Positions 11,720-21,466 of a stretch of DNA of 64,000 bases are shown here, one piece after another. Below the pieces are notes generated by a model. The model was not told where the DNA came from. It worked only from the letters and a program-made list of their open reading frames with translations, and ran no database searches. The stretch's first letter is position 1. Each line of letters begins with the position of its first letter. Source of the DNA: an uncultured Acidobacteriota bacterium (GTDB lineage: Bacteria > Acidobacteriota > Polarisedimenticolia > J045); contig CAWDCL010000004.1 in assembly GCA_963800865.1 (NCBI GenBank), positions 1,935,339 through 1,999,338 of the forward strand, written 5' to 3'. The position numbers were made by a program, and so were the translations under genes.

Positions 11720-12391
11720 ATGGGCTGGGGCACGCACGTTCGACGGCAGCTGCTCGCGGGGTTCTTCTTCCTGCTCCCGCTCGGCGTGTCGATCTGGTTC
11801 TTCTTCTTCATGATGGCGCTGATCGACCGGCTGGCCGCCGACGAGCTGCGCGGGCTGCTCCACGCGCCGGGCGAGTCGACGCGGGTCGAGGTCTGGATCA
11901 CGCGGCTGCTGGCGCTGATCCTGACCCTCGTCGTGCTCTACTTCGTCGGCCTGTTCGGGACCCACGTCATCCGCCCGCAGCTGTTCGAGGCCGGAGAGCA
12001 GTGGATCTCGCGCGTGCCGTTCTTCGGGGCGGTCTATCGCGCCACGCGCCAGATCTCGGACGCGCTGCGGGCCGGCGGCGCCGCGGCCTTCCGGCGCTGC
12101 GTCCTGATCGAGTACCCGCGGGCCGGGATCTTCACGATCGCGTTCGTCAGCAATACCCGGACGTTCGAGGCCGGGCGGCCCCCGCGCCGCGTCCTGGCGG
12201 TCTTCCTGCCGACGACTCCGAACCCGACCTCCGGCTTCTTCCTGCTCGTCCCCGAGGAGGACACGATCCCGCTCGACCTGACCGTCGAGGAGGGGATCAA
12301 GGTGATCGTGTCGGGAGGGATCTTCATGCCCGACCGGCTCCCGGTTCGCGGGCCGGACGCGCCCGGACCGAGGAGAGCGGAGGAACCATGA
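11720..12391 (+). CDS. DUF502 family membrane protein
   Basis: Two TM segments; VLIEYPR and FLPTTPNPTSGF signature. Confidence 0.9.
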   Translation: MGWGTHVRRQLLAGFFFLLPLGVSIWFFFFMMALIDRLAADELRGLLHAPGESTRVEVWITRLLALILTLVVLYFVGLFGTHVIRPQLFEAGEQWISRVPFFGAVYRATRQISDALRAGGAAAFRRCVLIEYPRAGIFTIAFVSNTRTFEAGRPPRRVLAVFLPTTPNPTSGFFLLVPEEDTIPLDLTVEEGIKVIVSGGIFMPDRLPVRGPDAPGPRRAEEP

Positions 12392-13686
12392 GGATTCCGC
12401 AGGCCAGCCTCATCGCGATCGGCGACGAGCTCGTCTCGGCGCGCCGGCAGGAGTCGAACGGTCCGGCGCTCGTGGCCTGGCTCGAGGCGCTCGGCTGCGA
12501 GGTCCGCGCGCGCGTGCTGGTGCCCGACCAGGCCGACGCGATCGAGGCCGCGGTGGCCGCGGCGCTGGCCGGCGGTTCCGAGCTGGTCGTGCTGTCGGGC
12601 GGGCTCGGCCCGACCCACGACGACGTTGCGCGCCAGGGGATCGCCGCCGCGCTCGGGCGCCCGCTGATCCTCGACGAGGCGGTCCGGGCGTCGATCGAGA
12701 GCCGTTACCGCGAGCGCGGTCTCGAGATCCCTCCCGAGGTCGCGCGCCTGGCGCTGCGGCCGGAGGGGAGCGAACTGGTTCCGAACCCGATCGGCATGGC
12801 GCCCGGCTTCGTGGCCAGGCACGCCGGGGCGACGATCGTCGCCCTGCCGGGGGTGCCGCGCGAATTCGAGACGATGTTCGAGCGCAAGCTGCTCCCGGAG
12901 TTGAGGCGTTCGCTCGTCTCGGCCCTGGCGCGGCGCAGCGAGACGCTGCACGTCGTCGGACTGACCGAGGCCGAGGTCGACCAGCGCGTCGCCAGCGCGG
13001 TCGAGACCGGCCCCCGGCTGTCCGTCAGCTTCGCCTCGCAGCGCAGCGAGGTGGAGGTCCTGGTCACGGCGCGGGCCGAGACGGAAGCGGAGGCGGCGCG
13101 GGCGCTCGAGCGGGCCAATGCGCGGCTCGAAGGGGCGCTGGGCGACCTGGTCTACGGACGGGGCGAGGACACCCTCGTCGGTGTCGTGGGGCGCCTGCTC
13201 GGCGCGCGCGGCTGGATGCTCGCGACGGCCGAGTCGCTCTCCGGGGGGCTGCTCGCCAAGCGGATCACGGACCAGCCGGGGTCTTCCCGGTTCTTCCGCG
13301 GCGGCGTCGCCGCCTACCACGACGACCTGAAGCGCTCGCTGCTCGACGTGCCGGCCGAAGTGCTCGAACACTGCGGCGCGGTCAGCGGCGAGACGGCGCG
13401 CGCGATGGCGGAAGGCGCGCGCCGCCGGATGAACTCCCCGGTCGCGGTCTCGACGACGGGGATCGCCGGACCCACCGGGGGCTCGACCGAACGACCGGTC
13501 GGGCTCGTCTACCTCGCGGTGGCCTGGCCCGACGGGTTGCGCGTGCTGAGGTTCCTCTTCCCCGGCAACCGGAACGAGATCCGCAGCGCGGCCTCGGCCG
13601 CGGCGCTCGACGAGACGCGGCGCGCGCTGGCCGGCTTGCCCCCGCTGGGACTGGCGGTCGAGGAGCGCGGCGGGGACACGGGTTGA
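12388..13686 (+). CDS. cinA: Competence/damage-inducible CinA (molybdopterin-binding domain plus NMN deamidase)
   Basis: IGDEL, SGGLGPTHDD, LPGVPRE; C-terminal TAESLSGG, GAVS, TGIAGPTGG. Confidence 0.93.
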   Translation: MRIPQASLIAIGDELVSARRQESNGPALVAWLEALGCEVRARVLVPDQADAIEAAVAAALAGGSELVVLSGGLGPTHDDVARQGIAAALGRPLILDEAVRASIESRYRERGLEIPPEVARLALRPEGSELVPNPIGMAPGFVARHAGATIVALPGVPREFETMFERKLLPELRRSLVSALARRSETLHVVGLTEAEVDQRVASAVETGPRLSVSFASQRSEVEVLVTARAETEAEAARALERANARLEGALGDLVYGRGEDTLVGVVGRLLGARGWMLATAESLSGGLLAKRITDQPGSSRFFRGGVAAYHDDLKRSLLDVPAEVLEHCGAVSGETARAMAEGARRRMNSPVAVSTTGIAGPTGGSTERPVGLVYLAVAWPDGLRVLRFLFPGNRNEIRSAASAAALDETRRALAGLPPLGLAVEERGGDTG

Positions 13687-14258
13687 TGGGGATGAGGCTC
13701 TTCTTCGCGGTCCCGGCCCCCGCCGCGGTGCAGGGCGCCCTGGCCGAGTGGGGGCGCGAGGCGCGCCGGCGCGGGGACGGCTGGCGCTGGGTCGACCCGG
13801 CGACCATCCACCTCACGCTGCGGTTCCTGGGCGAGACCGACGCGGCGCTCGTGGCACCGCTCGTCGAGGCGGCGCAGGCGATCGCCGGGCGGGAGCCGCG
13901 CCACGCGGTCACCGCGCGCGGATGGGGCGTCTTTCCGAGCCCCGCGCGGCCGCGGGTGCTCTGGGCGGGACTGGCCGGCGAGCTCTCGCAGCTCGCTCGA
14001 CTGGCCGGGGCGCTGGAGGCGGAGGCCCGCCGGCGAGGCTTCGCGCCGGAGGAGCGCGGCTTCCGCGCGCACCTGACGCTGGCCCGGGCGGTCCGCGACG
14101 CGCAGCCGCGGCTGCCCGGCCGGCCCGACGACGAACAGCCCGAGTTCGGGCCGTTCCCGGTGGACGAGCTGCTGCTCGTCCAGAGCCACCTCGGACCCGG
14201 GGGAGCGGTCTACGAACCGCTCGCCCGCGTGCCGCTGGGCGGCGGCGGGACGCCGTGA
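13686..14258 (+). CDS. thpR: RNA 2',3'-cyclic phosphodiesterase (2H family)
   Basis: MRLFFA start, two HLTL motifs, PRVLWAG; follows cinA. Confidence 0.93.
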   Translation: MGMRLFFAVPAPAAVQGALAEWGREARRRGDGWRWVDPATIHLTLRFLGETDAALVAPLVEAAQAIAGREPRHAVTARGWGVFPSPARPRVLWAGLAGELSQLARLAGALEAEARRRGFAPEERGFRAHLTLARAVRDAQPRLPGRPDDEQPEFGPFPVDELLLVQSHLGPGGAVYEPLARVPLGGGGTP

Positions 14259-14911
14259 GCGCCGCGCTCGCGGCCGCCGTTTCGTTGCTCGCCGGCTACC
14301 TGCCGGGCTCGATCCCCTTCGGCCTGCTGCTGGTCCGCGCGGTGCGGGGGAAGGACCTCCGCGCCCACGGTTCGGGGAACATCGGGGCGACCAACGCGTT
14401 GCGCACCGCGGGGCGGGCACTGGGCCTCGCGACGCTCGCGCTCGACGTGCTGAAGGGGGCCGTCGGCTACTACCTCGCGCTTCGCGCCGGGCAGGCCCTC
14501 GGGGCGCCGTGGCCGCAGTTCTGGGCCGCGCTCGGCCCGGTCGCCGGCCACTGCTTTCCCGCCTGGCTGCACTTCGCCGGCGGAAAGGGGGTGGCCACGG
14601 CGCTCGGCGTGCTGGCCGTCGCCGAGCCGCGGGTGCTCGGGCTGGCGGCGCTCGTCTTCTTCGCGCTCGCCGTGCCGACGCGGCGCGTGTCGCTCGGCTC
14701 GATCGGCGCCGCCGTCACGGCGACGGTCGCCGCCTTCATCCTGCCTGGCCCGGGGCCGCGCGGGGGCCTCGACCCCGGCCTGGCCTGGGGCATCCTCGCG
14801 GCAACCGCCATCGTGGTGTTCCGGCACCGCACGAACATCGGGCGCCTGCTGCGCGGCACGGAGCCGCCGATCGGACAGAAGGCCGAGGGACTCGACGAGG
14901 ATCGCGCATGA
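14255..14911 (+). CDS. plsY: Glycerol-3-phosphate acyltransferase PlsY
   Basis: GSIPFG, GSGNIGATNALR, GH..P....F.GGKGVAT, HRTNI.RL..GTE. Confidence 0.95.
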   Translation: MSAALAAAVSLLAGYLPGSIPFGLLLVRAVRGKDLRAHGSGNIGATNALRTAGRALGLATLALDVLKGAVGYYLALRAGQALGAPWPQFWAALGPVAGHCFPAWLHFAGGKGVATALGVLAVAEPRVLGLAALVFFALAVPTRRVSLGSIGAAVTATVAAFILPGPGPRGGLDPGLAWGILAATAIVVFRHRTNIGRLLRGTEPPIGQKAEGLDEDRA

Positions 14912-15924
14912 CCGAGAAAGCAGCGGTGCTCGGGGCCGGTTCCTGGGGGACCGCGCTCGCGGTGCACCTCGGGCGGCGCGGTCCGGTGGCGCTCTGGGCC
15001 CGCGCGGCGGACGAGCCCGAGCGGATCGCGGAGCACGGCGAGAACCGCCGCTATCTGCCGGGGGTGCCGCTGTCGCCGGGAGTGTCGGTCACCGGCGAGG
15101 TGGCCCGGGCGCTCGACGGTGCCGGCGTGGTGGTGCTGGCGGTCCCGACCCAGTTCGTACGGGGGTTCCTCGAAGCACACCGCGCCGCCGGCTCCTGGCA
15201 GCCGCCGATCGCGATCGCGGCGAAGGGGATCGAGGTCGGCACGCTGGCGCTCCCCTCCGCGATCGTCGGGCAGGTCCTGGGAGAGCCGGCCGAGGCGCGC
15301 TCGGTCGCCCTCTCCGGGCCGTCGTTCGCGCGCGAAGTGGTCGACGGCGAGCCGACCGCAGTCGTCGCGGCGTGCGCCGATGCGGCGCAGGCCGAGCGGG
15401 TGCAGCAGCTCTTCAGCCACGACAACCTGCGCGTCTACACCAGTCCCGACGCGGTCGGCGTGCAGCTCGCGGGGGCGCTGAAGAACGTCGTGGCGATCGC
15501 GGCCGGCGTACTCGACGGCCTCGGGAACGGGAGCAACGCGCTGGCCGCGCTGATCACGCGCGGGAACGCCGAGATCTCCCGCCTCGGCGTCGCGATGGGG
15601 GCCCGGCGCGACACCTTCATGGGCCTGGCCGGGATGGGCGACCTGGTCCTCACCTGCACCGGGCACCTCTCGCGCAATCGCCTGCTCGGGCGCGAGCTGG
15701 CGCGGGGCCGGTCGCTTGCGGAAATCGTCGGCGGGATGAACATGGTGGCGGAGGGGGTCGAGACGACCCGCGCCGCAGCGGTGCTGGCGCGCAACCGGGG
15801 AGTCGAGATGCCGATCGTCGACCAGGTCCACGCGATCCTCTTCGAGGGGATGGAACCACGCCGGGCGCTGGCGGCACTGCTCGCGCGTCCGCTGCGGGCC
15901 GAGACCGAGGACTCCCAGCCGTGA
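14908..15924 (+). CDS. gpsA: NAD(P)H-dependent glycerol-3-phosphate dehydrogenase
   Basis: GAGSWGTALA, LSGPSFA, GALKNVVAI, GMGDLVLTC, SRN. Confidence 0.96.
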   Translation: MTEKAAVLGAGSWGTALAVHLGRRGPVALWARAADEPERIAEHGENRRYLPGVPLSPGVSVTGEVARALDGAGVVVLAVPTQFVRGFLEAHRAAGSWQPPIAIAAKGIEVGTLALPSAIVGQVLGEPAEARSVALSGPSFAREVVDGEPTAVVAACADAAQAERVQQLFSHDNLRVYTSPDAVGVQLAGALKNVVAIAAGVLDGLGNGSNALAALITRGNAEISRLGVAMGARRDTFMGLAGMGDLVLTCTGHLSRNRLLGRELARGRSLAEIVGGMNMVAEGVETTRAAAVLARNRGVEMPIVDQVHAILFEGMEPRRALAALLARPLRAETEDSQP

Positions 15925-16724
15925 TCGACACCCATTGCCACATCCTCCCCGGCCTCGACGACGGAGCGCCGGATGACGCCGTCGCGCTCGCCATGGCGCG
16001 ACAGGCCGTCGCCGACGGCGTTTCGGCGATCGTCGCGACCCCGCACATGCGGGAAGGGGATTACCTCAACGAGCGACCGAAGGTGGTCGAGGCGGTCGAC
16101 CGCTTCCGCGAACTGCTGGCGCGGGAGGGTGTGCCGCTCGCGATCGAGCCCGGCTCCGAGGTGCATCTCTCCACCCGCCTGGCCGAGCGGATCGTCGAGC
16201 GCCGGATCCTGGCCTATGGGGATCGCCAGCCCGAGGAAGGCCGGCCGGCCTACCTGCTGCTCGAGTGCCCCTACCGCACCCGGCCGATCCGGCTCGACGA
16301 GACGGTCTTCGAGCTCCTGCTCGGCGGGATCGTGCCGGTGATCGCCCACCCCGAGCGGATCCGCTGGTTCCAGGAGGATCCGGCGCGCTACGAGGCGATC
16401 GTCGCGCGCGGCGTCCTGGGACAGCTGACGACCTCGAGCCTGCTCGGCACCTTCGGCAAGCCGACGCAGGCGCTGTCCGAGTCGTTGGTCCGGCGCGGCC
16501 TGGTCCACCTGCTGGCCAGCGACGCGCACGACACGAAGTACCGGCCGCCCCTGCTCGCGGCGGGACGCCGGCGGTGGGCCGACCTGGCGGGGGAAGCGTC
16601 GGCCGCCGCGGCGACCGCCGGAATCCCGCGCGCGCTCGTCGAGGGGCGCACGGTCGAGGTCGCGCCGCCGCGGGCCGAGCCGCGGCCCCGCGGTCTCTGG
16701 GAGCGGCTGCTCGGTGGCCGCTGA
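15921..16724 (+). CDS. CpsB/CapC-family PHP protein-tyrosine phosphatase
   Basis: IDTHCHILPGLDDG, ATPH, IAHPER, ASDAH motifs. Confidence 0.9.
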   Translation: MIDTHCHILPGLDDGAPDDAVALAMARQAVADGVSAIVATPHMREGDYLNERPKVVEAVDRFRELLAREGVPLAIEPGSEVHLSTRLAERIVERRILAYGDRQPEEGRPAYLLLECPYRTRPIRLDETVFELLLGGIVPVIAHPERIRWFQEDPARYEAIVARGVLGQLTTSSLLGTFGKPTQALSESLVRRGLVHLLASDAHDTKYRPPLLAAGRRRWADLAGEASAAAATAGIPRALVEGRTVEVAPPRAEPRPRGLWERLLGGR

Positions 16725-16761
16725 GCGATCCGGTATCCTCCCCCGGTCCAGGAGGTTTCGC

Positions 16762-17517
16762 ATGGGAACAAGGTCCGTGGCCGCGCTCGTCGCCCTGGCC
16801 GGGCTGGCGGCCGGATGCGCCTCATCGAGCGCCCCGGCGCCGACCGAGTCCGGCCCGCTGCAGCACTACCAGATGGCGCGGATGTACTTCGAGCAGGGGC
16901 GGACCGACGACGCGCTCAAGGAGATCGACATCTCGCTGCGCAAGGACGACGCGCTGCCGCAGGTCCACTTCTACCAGGGGTTCATCTACTACAGCCTCGG
17001 AGACCCGGCGAAGGCCGTCCCGGCGTTCGAGGCGGCGATCCAGCGCGACCCCTATTACACCGACGCGCGGATGTACCTCGCCGCCTCCTACGAGGAGCTG
17101 GGGCGGCCGCAGGACGCCCTGGCCGAGCTCGACCGCGCGCTGACCAACAAGACCTACCCGACGCCGGAGAAGATCCTGGTCAACAAGGCGCTGATCCTGG
17201 CCCGGCAGAAACAGTACGAGCCGGCCCTGGCGGCGCTGCGCCAGGCGATCGATCTCAAGCCGCGGTACTACCGCGCGCACTTCGAGACGGCGCAGATCCT
17301 CGAGACCACCGGCCGCGGGAAGGAGGCGCTCGCGGCCTACGAGGCCGCGGCGCCGGGATACGTCGAGGACGCCGGGTTTCACCTCGCCTACGGGAGCGCG
17401 CTGTTCCGCGCGCGGCGCGAGGCCGAGGCGAAGGTCGAGTTGAAGCGTGCGATCGACCTGGCGCCCGGCTCGACGGTCGCGGGCAAGGCGAGCGAGCTGC
17501 TGGGGGTGATCGACTGA
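16762..17517 (+). CDS. TPR lipoprotein (PilW/PilF-like)
   Basis: AGGAGG SD, lipobox AAGC, consecutive TPR repeats, Y.TPE motif reminiscent of PilF. Confidence 0.75.
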   Translation: MGTRSVAALVALAGLAAGCASSSAPAPTESGPLQHYQMARMYFEQGRTDDALKEIDISLRKDDALPQVHFYQGFIYYSLGDPAKAVPAFEAAIQRDPYYTDARMYLAASYEELGRPQDALAELDRALTNKTYPTPEKILVNKALILARQKQYEPALAALRQAIDLKPRYYRAHFETAQILETTGRGKEALAAYEAAAPGYVEDAGFHLAYGSALFRARREAEAKVELKRAIDLAPGSTVAGKASELLGVID

Positions 17518-18452
17518 TGTTCGGACGGTTGCGCCAGAAGATCGTCGACGGGCTGAAGAAGACGCGCGACGCGATCGCCGACCGCGTCGAGCGGATCGCG
17601 TCGGTCGGGCGCCCGGTCGACGATGCGCTGCTGGACGAGCTCGAGGAGGTGCTGGTCGCCGCCGACCTGGGCCCGGAGCTCGCCGCCGAGCTGCGCGGAC
17701 GGATGGGGACGCGGCTGCGCGGCCAGGCGGTGGACGGGCCGGCCCAGGTGATGGACGTGCTGCGCGAGGAGATCCTCGCGCTGCTACCGCCGCAGGTGCC
17801 CGAGGTGCGGCCGGCAGCGCCGCCGCGCGTGACCCTCGTCGTCGGCGTGAATGGTTCGGGCAAGACCACCACGGCGGGGAAGCTCGCGGCGCTGTGGGGC
17901 CGCGAGGGGCGCAAGGTGGTCGTCGCCGCGGCCGACACGTTCCGCGCCGCCGCGGTCGAGCAGATGGCGATCTGGGCCGAGCGCACCGGGGCCGCGGTGG
18001 TGCGCTCGCAGCCCGGGGCGGACCCCGCGTCGGTGGCGTTCGACGCAGCCCGCGCGGCCCGTTCCCGCTCCGCCGACGAGCTGCTGGTCGACACCGCGGG
18101 GCGCCTGCACAACAAGAAGCCGCTGATGGACGAGCTGGCCAAGATCGCGCGCGCCGTCGCGAAGGAGGTCCCCGGGGCGCCGCACGAGACCCTGCTCGTG
18201 CTCGACGGGACGACCGGCCGCAACGCGGTGATCCAGGCCCGCGAGTTCACGCGCGTCGCCCCCGTGACCGGACTCGTCCTGACCAAGCTCGACGGGACCG
18301 CGCGCGGCGGCGTGGCGGTCTCGATCGGGCGCGAGCTGGGAATCCCGGTCCGTTACATCGGGGTCGGGGAGGGAGCCGAGGACCTGCTCCTGTTCGACCC
18401 CGAGGAGTACGTGCAGGGCCTGCTCGCGCCGGCGGGCGCGAGGGGCGAATGA
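17517..18452 (+). CDS. ftsY: Signal recognition particle receptor FtsY
   Basis: GVNGSGKTTT, DTFRAAA, DTAGRLH, TKLDGTARGG. Confidence 0.97.
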   Translation: MFGRLRQKIVDGLKKTRDAIADRVERIASVGRPVDDALLDELEEVLVAADLGPELAAELRGRMGTRLRGQAVDGPAQVMDVLREEILALLPPQVPEVRPAAPPRVTLVVGVNGSGKTTTAGKLAALWGREGRKVVVAAADTFRAAAVEQMAIWAERTGAAVVRSQPGADPASVAFDAARAARSRSADELLVDTAGRLHNKKPLMDELAKIARAVAKEVPGAPHETLLVLDGTTGRNAVIQAREFTRVAPVTGLVLTKLDGTARGGVAVSIGRELGIPVRYIGVGEGAEDLLLFDPEEYVQGLLAPAGARGE

Positions 18453-19561
18453 GCCGGTCCGCCGCCGAGGCGTGGCTGGCCCGCGCACTCGAGCTGGCGG
18501 AACGGGGAGGCCGCGCCACCGCCCCCAACCCGCGCGTCGGGGCGGTCATCGTGAGCGGCGGAGAAGTCGTCGGCGAGGGCTGGCACCAGGCATGCGGCGG
18601 GCTGCACGCGGAGGCCTGGGCGCTCGACGCCGCCGGGGCGCGCGCCCGCGGGGCAACGCTCTACAGCTCGCTCGAGCCCTGTCCCCACGAAGGACGCCAG
18701 CCGCCATGCGTCGAGCGGATCGTGCGCGCGGGGGTGGCGCGCGTCGTGGTCGGCCTCGTCGACCCCGATCCGCAGGTTGCGGGCGCGGGGATCGCCGCGC
18801 TGCGCCGCGCGGGGGTCGAGGTCGAACTGGCGGAAGGGGGGCTGGCCCGCGCCGCGGGACGCCTGGTCGAGGAGTACCTCGTGCACCGCCGGGAAGGCCG
18901 GGCCATGGCCGCGCTGAAGGTCGCGGCGACGCTCGACGGCCGGATCGCCGACCGGGCCGGCGCGTCGCGCTGGGTGACCGGGGAGCCGGCGCGCGCGGCC
19001 GGACGCGCACTGCGCGCCCGGTACGGGGCGATCCTCGTCGGGGCCGGCACCGTGCTCGCGGACGACCCGCAGCTGCTCCCGCCCGACCTCGACGAAGGCG
19101 GGCCGTTCCTGCGCTGCGTGGTCGACGGTGCGCTGACCGTGCCGGCCGGCGCGCGCCTCCTCGCGGCGGAGCGCGAGCGCGCCCCGGTGCTGGTCTATTC
19201 GGCCCCTGACGCCGAGCCGGCGCGCCGGGCCGCGCTCGAGCGGGCCGGGGCCCGCGTCGTCGCGCTCGGGCCGCCGGGCGGCCCGGTGCCGCCGGGCGAG
19301 ATCCTGCGCGACCTCGCCGGCCGCGGGATCCTGGGGGTGCTGGTCGAGGGCGGGGGCGTGACGCACGGGCACTTCCTCGAGGCCGGCGTCGCCGACAAGC
19401 TCCACTGGTTCCTCGCGCCGCGCCTGCTCGCCGACCCCGCGGCGCGACCGGCGGTCGCCGGTCCCGGCCGGACCCTCGGCCGGGCCTGGGAGGGCGCCTT
19501 TGCCGAGGTGACGCGGCTGGGGGAAGATCTGCTCCTCACCCTCTACCCGGGCGGAGCGTAG
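18449..19561 (+). CDS. ribD: Riboflavin biosynthesis deaminase/reductase RibD
   Basis: [22 protein letters not shown] zinc motif, VEGGG. Confidence 0.95.
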   Translation: MSRSAAEAWLARALELAERGGRATAPNPRVGAVIVSGGEVVGEGWHQACGGLHAEAWALDAAGARARGATLYSSLEPCPHEGRQPPCVERIVRAGVARVVVGLVDPDPQVAGAGIAALRRAGVEVELAEGGLARAAGRLVEEYLVHRREGRAMAALKVAATLDGRIADRAGASRWVTGEPARAAGRALRARYGAILVGAGTVLADDPQLLPPDLDEGGPFLRCVVDGALTVPAGARLLAAERERAPVLVYSAPDAEPARRAALERAGARVVALGPPGGPVPPGEILRDLAGRGILGVLVEGGGVTHGHFLEAGVADKLHWFLAPRLLADPAARPAVAGPGRTLGRAWEGAFAEVTRLGEDLLLTLYPGGA

Positions 19562-19563
19562 GC

Positions 19564-20172
19564 GTGTTTACCGGACTCGTGCACTCCAGGGGGCGACTCC
19601 TCGCGACCCGCCGCCACGGCAGCGGGCTCCGCCTCGACCTCGCCCACGCCCTCGGGGGCGGACCGCTCGAACGGGGCGAGAGCGTGGCGGCGGACGGCGT
19701 CTGCCTGACCGTGATCGAGGCCGGGCCGGAGCGGTTCGCGGCCGAGCTGTCGCCCGAGACGCTGTCACGCACCGGCGGTGCGGCGCGCTGGCGGACGGGT
19801 CGCGAGGTCAACCTGGAGCGTGCGCTCGAGGCGGGCGGACGGATCGGCGGACACGTGGTCCAGGGACACGCGGACGGCCTGCTGCGCATCGTCGGCTGGA
19901 GGCGCTTGCCGGGGGGGTGGGTCGAGGCCCGCATCGAGCTGCCGGCGCCGGCCCGCGACTGGATCGTGGAGAAGGGCTCGGTCGCGCTCGACGGCGTGAG
20001 CCTGACCGTCTCCCGGGTCGGCGGCGCCTGGTTCGAGTGCGCGCTCGTCCCGACCACGCTGGAGGCGACGACGCTCGGCGCGCGGCGCCCCGGGGACCGG
20101 CTGGTCGCCGAGTTCGATCTCCTGGCCAAGGTGGCCGCGCAGGCGGTGGCCCGCGGCGGGGGACGGGCCTGA
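19564..20172 (+). CDS. ribE: Riboflavin synthase (alpha chain)
   Basis: MFTG start, [34 protein letters not shown]. Confidence 0.95.
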   Translation: MFTGLVHSRGRLLATRRHGSGLRLDLAHALGGGPLERGESVAADGVCLTVIEAGPERFAAELSPETLSRTGGAARWRTGREVNLERALEAGGRIGGHVVQGHADGLLRIVGWRRLPGGWVEARIELPAPARDWIVEKGSVALDGVSLTVSRVGGAWFECALVPTTLEATTLGARRPGDRLVAEFDLLAKVAAQAVARGGGRA

Positions 20173-21374
20173 TGCCGTTCGCTTCGATCGAGCAGGCGCT
20201 GGCCGAGCTCCGGGCCGGGCGGATGATCGTCGTCTGCGACGACGAGGACCGCGAGAACGAGGGCGACCTCACGATCGCGGCGGAGAAGGTCACCCCCGCG
20301 GCGATCAACTTCATGGCGACCCACGGGCGCGGCCTGGTCTGCCTGGCGATGACGGAAGAGCGGCTCGACGAGCTGCAGGTTCCGCTGATGGTGCGCGAGA
20401 ACCAGACCCGCTTCCAGACGGCGTTCTGCGTCTCGATCGAGGCCCGCTGCGGGACGACGACCGGGATCAGCGCGGGCGACCGCGCGGCGACGGTCCAGGC
20501 CGCGATCGACCCCGGGACGCGTCCGGAGGACCTGCTCCGCCCGGGGCACATGTTCCCGCTGCGAGCGGTCCGGGGCGGCGTGCTGCGGCGGGCGGGACAG
20601 ACCGAGGCCGCGGTCGACCTGGCGCGGCTGGCGGGGATGTACCCGGCCGGGGTGATCTGCGAGGTCATGAACGACGACGGCACGATGTCGCGCGTGCCCG
20701 ATCTCGAGCGATTCTGCGCCCCCCACGGTCTCCTGATGATCACGATCGCCGACCTGATCCGCTACCGGATGCAGCACGAGCGGCTGGTCACGCGGGTCGC
20801 GGCGCCGACACTGCCGACCGACATGGGCGAGTTCCGGCTCTTCGCCTACGAGAACCTGCTCGACGGCCAGACCCACCTGGCCCTCGTGCACGGCGACGTG
20901 GGCGGCGACGAGCCGGTGCTGGTGCGGGTCCACAGCGAGTGCCTGACCGGCGACGTGTTCCACTCGCGGCGCTGCGACTGCGGCGACCAGCTCCACCGCG
21001 CGATGGAGGCGGTGACCGGCGCCGGGCGCGGGGTGATCGTCTACCTCCGGCAGGAAGGACGCGGGATCGGGTTGGCCAACAAGCTGCGCGCCTACGAACT
21101 GCAGGAGAAGGGACTCGACACGGTCGAGGCCAACCTGCAGCTCGGGTTCGCGGCCGACCAGCGCGACTACGGCGTGGGGGCCCAGATCCTGGCCGACCTC
21201 GGGGTGCGGCGGCTGCGGCTGCTGACCAACAACCCGAGGAAGTTCGTGGCGCTGTCCGGGTTCGGGCTCGAGGTCGTGGAGCGCGTTCCGCTCGAGGTCG
21301 CGCCGCACGCGGTGAACGCCCAGTACCTCCGGACCAAGCGCGAGAAGCTGGGGCACATCCTGGGCCAGAGCTAG
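20172..21374 (+). CDS. ribBA: Bifunctional DHBP synthase / GTP cyclohydrolase II
   Basis: [46 protein letters not shown]. Confidence 0.97.
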   Translation: MPFASIEQALAELRAGRMIVVCDDEDRENEGDLTIAAEKVTPAAINFMATHGRGLVCLAMTEERLDELQVPLMVRENQTRFQTAFCVSIEARCGTTTGISAGDRAATVQAAIDPGTRPEDLLRPGHMFPLRAVRGGVLRRAGQTEAAVDLARLAGMYPAGVICEVMNDDGTMSRVPDLERFCAPHGLLMITIADLIRYRMQHERLVTRVAAPTLPTDMGEFRLFAYENLLDGQTHLALVHGDVGGDEPVLVRVHSECLTGDVFHSRRCDCGDQLHRAMEAVTGAGRGVIVYLRQEGRGIGLANKLRAYELQEKGLDTVEANLQLGFAADQRDYGVGAQILADLGVRRLRLLTNNPRKFVALSGFGLEVVERVPLEVAPHAVNAQYLRTKREKLGHILGQS

Positions 21375-21397
21375 GGCCCGTTTCCCGCCGGAAGTGC

Positions 21398-21425
21398 TTG
21401 ACCGGGCGGGAGATTCCGCTAGTCT
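21398..21425 (+). promoter_or_regulatory. Possible sigma70 promoter for the ffh operon
   Basis: TTGACC-N16-TAGTCT upstream of ffh. Confidence 0.45.
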
Positions 21426-21466
21426 TAGTCGTTTGCGCGCGCCGTGCCGGCGCGGGGGATAGGCCT

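Noticed and set aside
11173-12387. N-terminal extension of CinA in the ORF track (similar extensions on dnaK, ftsY, ffh, xseA, ybbP)
   Set aside because: Stop-poor GC-rich frames; the real starts have SD sequences or stop/start overlaps further downstream.
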